Positions 59,329-64,000 of a stretch of DNA of 64,000 nt are shown piece after piece. This DNA is from Bacilli bacterium (lineage in GTDB: Bacteria > Bacillota_I > Bacilli_A > RFN20 > CAG-826). The notes beneath the pieces were generated by a model, which saw only the letters and a list, made by a program, of their open reading frames with translations, was not told the origin of the DNA and did no database searches. The first letter of the stretch is position 1. Each line of letters starts with the position of its first letter. Both the position numbers and the translations under genes were made by a program. The stretch is from assembly GCA_017959905.1 (NCBI GenBank), contig JAGCZS010000005.1, positions 88,737 through 152,736 of the forward strand. The letters are read 5' to 3'.

Positions 59329-62321
59329 AATATTTTAATTTTTCCTGTTGTAAAACATTTTTTTTGAAAATCAAAGTGACACGAAATTAATAACATTTTG
59401 TTCAAATACTCATCAAAATTAATACTAACATAATTATTAATTTCTAAAGAATCACCGTAAATGTCATTTATAATAAGGTAATTGCTGTTTTTTGTGTTAT
59501 TGTTTTGTTTTATAAAACCTACTATATTAAAAAAATTGCTATTTTTTTTTACATTTTTTATTGGAATATTCTGAATTTGCCCGATTATTTTTTTATACTC
59601 TTCTTTTAAAATAGGCGTTACTAAAAAATTAAGACAATTGCATTCATTAATTATTTCATTTTTATAATTTATAGTATTTTTTTCAACATTTATTATTTTA
59701 GGTTTTGGTATTACATCGTTAATAGCGCTATCTTCAGTAATATTTTTAGTTAAATTAGCAAAATTAAGAATATGTTTTAGTGACATTCTTAATTTGTGGC
59801 GATTTTGATTAAAACAATCGAAACATCCACAATTAATTAATGATTCAATTTCTTTTTGCGGCAAACGATATTTTGTCATCCTTGTAGCAAAAGCGATAAA
59901 ATCTGAAAAAAAACCATTTTCATCTCGTTCTTTCAAAATATTTAGAGCATTTTGTTTTGCCGAACAAATAGCAGCAATGGAAAATAATATGCTGTTATTT
60001 TTTACAACAAATTCATCTGAAATATCATTTATGTTTGGCACAGACAGTAAAATGTCTCTTTTTTGAATTTCATTAAAAATAACATTATCTTTGTTACTTC
60101 GGTTTAAAATAGTCACATAAAAAAACAAATCATAATGCGCCTTTAAAAAAGCCATTTGACAAATTAATTTGGCATATGCTACGGCGTGACTTTTATTAAA
60201 ATTAAAACTGGCAAAATTTTCGAGAAGATCAAAAGTTAAGCGACTTTCAGTGATTGAACATCCATTTTTAACTGAATCGTTAATAAAATTTTCTTTTAAA
60301 ATGTTTAAATTTATTTTTTTTGTTAATTGTCTTCTAAAAATATCTGCTTTATTAAAATCATAATTTGCCATAGCGTTTACAATTTGAATAATTTGCTCTT
60401 GAAATACAATAATTCCATATGTCGGCCGAAGAATGTTAATTATCTTATTACTAGGATAATTTATTTGTTTTTTGCCTGATTGGCGTATTAAAAATTCGTT
60501 TATATGTTTTATAGAGCCAGGTCTATATAATGATATTAGTAAAACAATATCATCAAAATTCGAAATATTTTTCTTCATTATTTCGATAATTTCGTTTTTC
60601 GATTCTAATTGAAAAATGCCGGCAGTATATCCGTTTGCAATAAATTCAATAGCTGTTTTATCATCGTAAGGTAATGCATCAAAATTTAGGTTGTCTTTTT
60701 TATTTTTGTTTATATTTTTTATAATTTTTTTTATTATGCTTAAACTGTCAAGACTTAAGAGATCCATTTTTGTGAATCCAACCTTTTCTAAGTCATCGCT
60801 TGTAAAAGAAATAGTAAGATTGTTATTTTCATTTTTAAATGTCGGAACAATTTTGGTTAAATCGTTGTTGCTTATAATTATTCCTGACGCGTGAGTAGTT
60901 AATTTGCAAGGAAAATTTTCTATTTTACTAGCCATTTTAAAAATAAATAAATAATATTTGTCACTATTTATAAGTTTTTTAAAATTAAAAGATTCTTTAT
61001 ATGCTTTTTTTAAATTGTCGTAATTATTTAGAGCTTTATGTATAGTGGCAATATAGTGGTTTTTAATATTAAATAATTTTTCAATATAATTTAGCGATTG
61101 TTTAGCTTTAATAGTTTGGATAACAGAAATAAAACCGATATTGTTAACGCCGTATTTATCTCTTAAATATTGAATTATTTCGCTTCTTTTCTCGCTTTCG
61201 ACATCGATATCAATATCAGGCATTTTTCCACGATTGACATTAAGAAAACGCTCAAATAAAAGGCCATGTTTTATTGGATCAATCGTTATAATCCCGAGTG
61301 CATATGCCACAAGACTTCCGCCAGCCGATCCTCTGCCAGGGCCAATATAAATATTTTTATTTTTAGCAAATTGTACATAATCAGCCACTACAAGAAAATA
61401 ATTAGTATAATTAGTTCGATTTATAATATCAATTTCGTAATTGAGTCTGTTATAGTAATCTTTATTTAAAGGGCCAATTTTTTTTTCTAACGATGCAAAA
61501 ACGATTTTTTTAAACTCTTCTTTTTTTTTGTCATTAAGAATTTTGTTGGCACTTTTATTTTTCAATGTTTTAATTAAATCAAAATTAATCAAATGAGCTA
61601 TTTTTTGCGTATTGCTTATTTCTTCTTTTGTAAAATTTTTTTGTATCTCTGTTTCATCATAAAAGTAATAAATGCCATTTTGTTTTAGCTGATTTTTATC
61701 AATTTCTTGATTATTTTGAATACTTTGTAACATTAAATATGCCAATTCGTCAGATGGTTTTTGATATTTAATCAATGGAAAAGCGGCATTTTGAAAATTA
61801 TTTGATTTTATAAATGCTCGAATTTTTTCAATGTTTAATAAATTAGAGCCGTTATAGATTTCCAAGCCTATAAAAAAGTTATTTTTGAAAATATCATTTA
61901 TTTTTTTTAATAAAGATTCGGTCTCATTATTTTTTTCTTGTTGTATTTTTTCTAATAATTTTGATTGTTTAGAAGAAACAATAGCAATTAATCCATCATT
62001 ATAGTCAATTAGATTTTCTACGAAAAGAGTTTGGTTGTTAAATTTTTCTAATAAAATCAGAATATTTTTATATCCATTTTCATTTTTAATTAAAAATGTT
62101 ATTAAAAGATCGTTAATTTTTAAATCAACGCCGATAATAGGCGTTATATTTTGTTGTTGTGATAAAGAACAAAATTTTATTGCTGCGCTCAACGAATTAA
62201 AATCAGTGAGGGAAATATAGCTTAAATTATTTTTTTTAGCAGTTAAGACTATATTTTCGATTGTTAAACAACTATTAAAAAAAGAATAAACGGATCTTAT
62301 ATGTAAAGGAATAAAATTCAT
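59325..62321 (-). CDS. dnaE: DNA polymerase III alpha subunit DnaE (PHP + pol IIIa core); not PolC
   Basis: 998 aa with an N-terminal PHP domain (HIRSVYSF) and a catalytic core with GPGRGSAGGSLVAYALGIT and DIDIDV. Confidence 0.9.
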   Translation of the reverse strand: MNFIPLHIRSVYSFFNSCLTIENIVLTAKKNNLSYISLTDFNSLSAAIKFCSLSQQQNITPIIGVDLKINDLLITFLIKNENGYKNILILLEKFNNQTLFVENLIDYNDGLIAIVSSKQSKLLEKIQQEKNNETESLLKKINDIFKNNFFIGLEIYNGSNLLNIEKIRAFIKSNNFQNAAFPLIKYQKPSDELAYLMLQSIQNNQEIDKNQLKQNGIYYFYDETEIQKNFTKEEISNTQKIAHLINFDLIKTLKNKSANKILNDKKKEEFKKIVFASLEKKIGPLNKDYYNRLNYEIDIINRTNYTNYFLVVADYVQFAKNKNIYIGPGRGSAGGSLVAYALGIITIDPIKHGLLFERFLNVNRGKMPDIDIDVESEKRSEIIQYLRDKYGVNNIGFISVIQTIKAKQSLNYIEKLFNIKNHYIATIHKALNNYDNLKKAYKESFNFKKLINSDKYYLFIFKMASKIENFPCKLTTHASGIIISNNDLTKIVPTFKNENNNLTISFTSDDLEKVGFTKMDLLSLDSLSIIKKIIKNINKNKKDNLNFDALPYDDKTAIEFIANGYTAGIFQLESKNEIIEIMKKNISNFDDIVLLISLYRPGSIKHINEFLIRQSGKKQINYPSNKIINILRPTYGIIVFQEQIIQIVNAMANYDFNKADIFRRQLTKKINLNILKENFINDSVKNGCSITESRLTFDLLENFASFNFNKSHAVAYAKLICQMAFLKAHYDLFFYVTILNRSNKDNVIFNEIQKRDILLSVPNINDISDEFVVKNNSILFSIAAICSAKQNALNILKERDENGFFSDFIAFATRMTKYRLPQKEIESLINCGCFDCFNQNRHKLRMSLKHILNFANLTKNITEDSAINDVIPKPKIINVEKNTINYKNEIINECNCLNFLVTPILKEEYKKIIGQIQNIPIKNVKKNSNFFNIVGFIKQNNNTKNSNYLIINDIYGDSLEINNYVSINFDEYLNKMLLISCHFDFQKKCFTTGKIKIL

Positions 62322-62327
62322 TTTAAT

Positions 62328-63281
62328 TTAATCAATAGTGTCGTATAAATCATTAAGAAAGGTTTTTAATTCTTTTTTTATATCAAATATTTTGGCGCCA
62401 GCAGCTTTTGCATGACCGCCACCATTCCATTTTGTTGCGACATCGTTAATTTTAGCCTTACTACTGCGAATCGATACGCGAAAACATTTTTCACTTACGT
62501 CTTCTGTAATTGAACACCAAATACAAATATTTTTTATCGATTGAAAGATGTTAACAAATTCTTTCCCTTTATTAACGTCCATATTTAGTTGTTTTAAATT
62601 TTTGTCGTACAGTATGTAATAAATAATTTTATTTTTATAAACTATATAGTTACTAAGTATAAAAGTAATAATTTGAATGTCATTTAAATCGCGCGAATAC
62701 ATACGATTATATAAAACACTTAAATCAACTATATTTTTTTGTAACGATTCAACAGTCGAGAAAGTTTTTGAACTTAAGTTATATCTAAATCTCCCTGTAT
62801 CACCAACGATTCCCATGTATAAGAAACTAGCGACGCTTTCATCGATTTTAAATTTTATTTTTTTGAATATATAAAATAAAATTTCACTTGTACTAGAGGC
62901 ATTAGAGTCGATATATTCTTTTTTGCAAAATTTTTCAATAAATGGATGATGATCGATTTTAATTGAGTAATCATTTTTGGTCCAATTCGGATTAGAGACG
63001 CGGCTTTTATTTGCCGTATCTAGAATTATTGCTAAAAAAGGTTTTGAAAACCAATTTTCGGATACTTTATCACTTTTTGGGCAGATATTATTCTTAATAA
63101 AATTGTCGTTATTATCTCCAAATATTTTGACATCTTTTTTTTTAAAATTTAATAATATAGCTTTTTTTAAAGCAAACGACGCTCCAATTGCATCGAAATC
63201 TGGATGAATATGGCGAAAAATAGCTATTTTGTCAAAAAGTGTTAATTTTTCAGATAGAACTTTAAAATTACTATTTTTCAA
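62328..63281 (-). CDS. nrnA: NrnA-type DHH/DHHA1 oligoribonuclease / pAp phosphatase
   Basis: 317 aa with DHH motifs FRHIHPDFDAIGAS and IKIDHHP, and DHHA1 GGGHAKAAGA. It lies next to dnaE as Bacillus ytqI/nrnA does. Confidence 0.8.
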   Translation of the reverse strand: MKNSNFKVLSEKLTLFDKIAIFRHIHPDFDAIGASFALKKAILLNFKKKDVKIFGDNNDNFIKNNICPKSDKVSENWFSKPFLAIILDTANKSRVSNPNWTKNDYSIKIDHHPFIEKFCKKEYIDSNASSTSEILFYIFKKIKFKIDESVASFLYMGIVGDTGRFRYNLSSKTFSTVESLQKNIVDLSVLYNRMYSRDLNDIQIITFILSNYIVYKNKIIYYILYDKNLKQLNMDVNKGKEFVNIFQSIKNICIWCSITEDVSEKCFRVSIRSSKAKINDVATKWNGGGHAKAAGAKIFDIKKELKTFLNDLYDTID

Positions 63282-64000
63282 TTTTATTTTTATTTTTCAA
63301 AATATTATAAGTTTCTTTGGCGATCATTAATTCTTCGTCGGTTGGGATGACAACAATTTTAATTTTACTATCATCATTACTTATAACCTTTTCTTCACCT
63401 TTTTTTAAAAAATCATTTCTTTTTTTATCAATGCTAATTCCAAGCGATTCTTTTATGGCCGCGCAAATTCGTTCACGAATAAAACTACTATTTTCACCAA
63501 TGCCGCCAGAAAAAATAATGAGATCACATCCACCTAATCGAACAAAATATTGGCCTATATAATCTGCCACTCTTCTTACAAATAAAGCGTTTGATAATTG
63601 AGCTTGCGAAATGCCTTTTTGATCTGCAATTATAATATCACGAGAATCGTTGCTAATACCTGATACTCCTAAAAAACCGGATTTTTTGTTTAATATTTCA
63701 TATATATCTTGACCGTTATTGTTTGTACATTTCATTAAAAAATAAAATACGCTTGGATCAATATCACCGCATCTTGTGCCCATCATAATTCCGCCTAATG
63801 GTGTTAACCCCATAGATGTTGCGATGCATTTGAAATTTTTGATTGCCGTTATTGAGCCGCCATTTCCTAAATGACATGAAATAATTTTTGGATTTTTAAT
63901 ATTTTTTAAATATTTTTTGGCTTTTTGAGCTAAAAAATTGTGGCTAATTCCATGCGCTCCGTAGCGACGAATGTTATATTTTTCATAATATTCATAAGGA
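63271..64000 (-). CDS. ackA: Acetate kinase, C-terminal part; the N-terminus lies beyond the window end
   Basis: The reverse-strand reading frame is open to the window edge and contains RYGAHGISHNFLA and HLGNGGSITAIKNFKCIATSMGLTPLGGIMMGTRCGDIDP, both acetate kinase signatures. Confidence 0.85.
   Translation of the reverse strand, partial: PYEYYEKYNIRRYGAHGISHNFLAQKAKKYLKNIKNPKIISCHLGNGGSITAIKNFKCIATSMGLTPLGGIMMGTRCGDIDPSVFYFLMKCTNNNGQDIYEILNKKSGFLGVSGISNDSRDIIIADQKGISQAQLSNALFVRRVADYIGQYFVRLGGCDLIIFSGGIGENSSFIRERICAAIKESLGISIDKKRNDFLKKGEEKVISNDDSKIKIVVIPTDEELMIAKETYNILKNKNKIEK

Overview
This window is an AT-rich (roughly 20-25% GC by eye) chromosomal core region spanning the replication origin of a wall-less or low-GC Firmicute/Mollicute-like bacterium. 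It uses the standard bacterial code: TGA is a stop, long ORFs are intact, and there are several ATGA stop/start overlaps, so it is not Mycoplasma or Spiroplasma. Acholeplasma-like, Phytoplasma-like or a related reduced low-GC lineage is a guess.

Gene order is strongly Bacillus-like. On the minus strand: mnmE, jag, yidC, rnpA, rpmH. Then plus-strand dnaA, an oriC-like intergenic region, dnaN, gyrB, gyrA, serS, tadA and a P-type ATPase. A minus-strand three-gene operon follows (CofE-like ligase, TldD, PmbA). Then rpsF-ssb-rpsR-gdpP-rplI-dnaB, a hypothetical membrane protein, rpmE, metG, ecfA1-ecfA2-ecfT (ecfT apparently frameshifted), a Na/Pi-family transporter, gpmA, nfu, ung, tsaE-tsaB-tsaD, asnS, secA, prfB (no programmed frameshift), secG and rplS. 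A cluster of four minus-strand tRNAs (Leu-CAA, Leu-CAG, Glu-UUC, Asn-GUU) precedes rpsD. The rest is an EzrA-like protein, nifZ, thiI, rplT-rpmI-infC-thrS, pyk-pfkA, Bacillus-type dnaB-dnaI, fpg, a Zn-dependent dehydrogenase, polA, dnaE, nrnA and the 3' part of ackA.

Coding density is very high. I saw no mobile elements, CRISPR, rRNA or obvious defence/accessory island. Most of the short internal or antisense ORFs in the track are AT-rich noise. I did not find a convincing novel multi-gene system.

The observations worth follow-up are structural:
- two perfect 123-bp direct repeats bracketing the likely DNA-unwinding element between dnaA and dnaN;
- a perfect 124-bp tandem duplication that copies the RBS, start codon and first 9 codons of the CofE-like gene, creating a 13-codon uORF ahead of a ligase-TldD-PmbA operon;
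- an ecfT frameshift in an A/T tract;
- a GdpP c-di-AMP phosphodiesterase with a C-terminal Cys4 zinc-ribbon extension;
- a Cys-rich N-terminal extension on a Zn-dehydrogenase;
- an EzrA-like protein supported by conserved synteny;
- a tRNA-Leu(CAG) retained in a very AT-rich genome.
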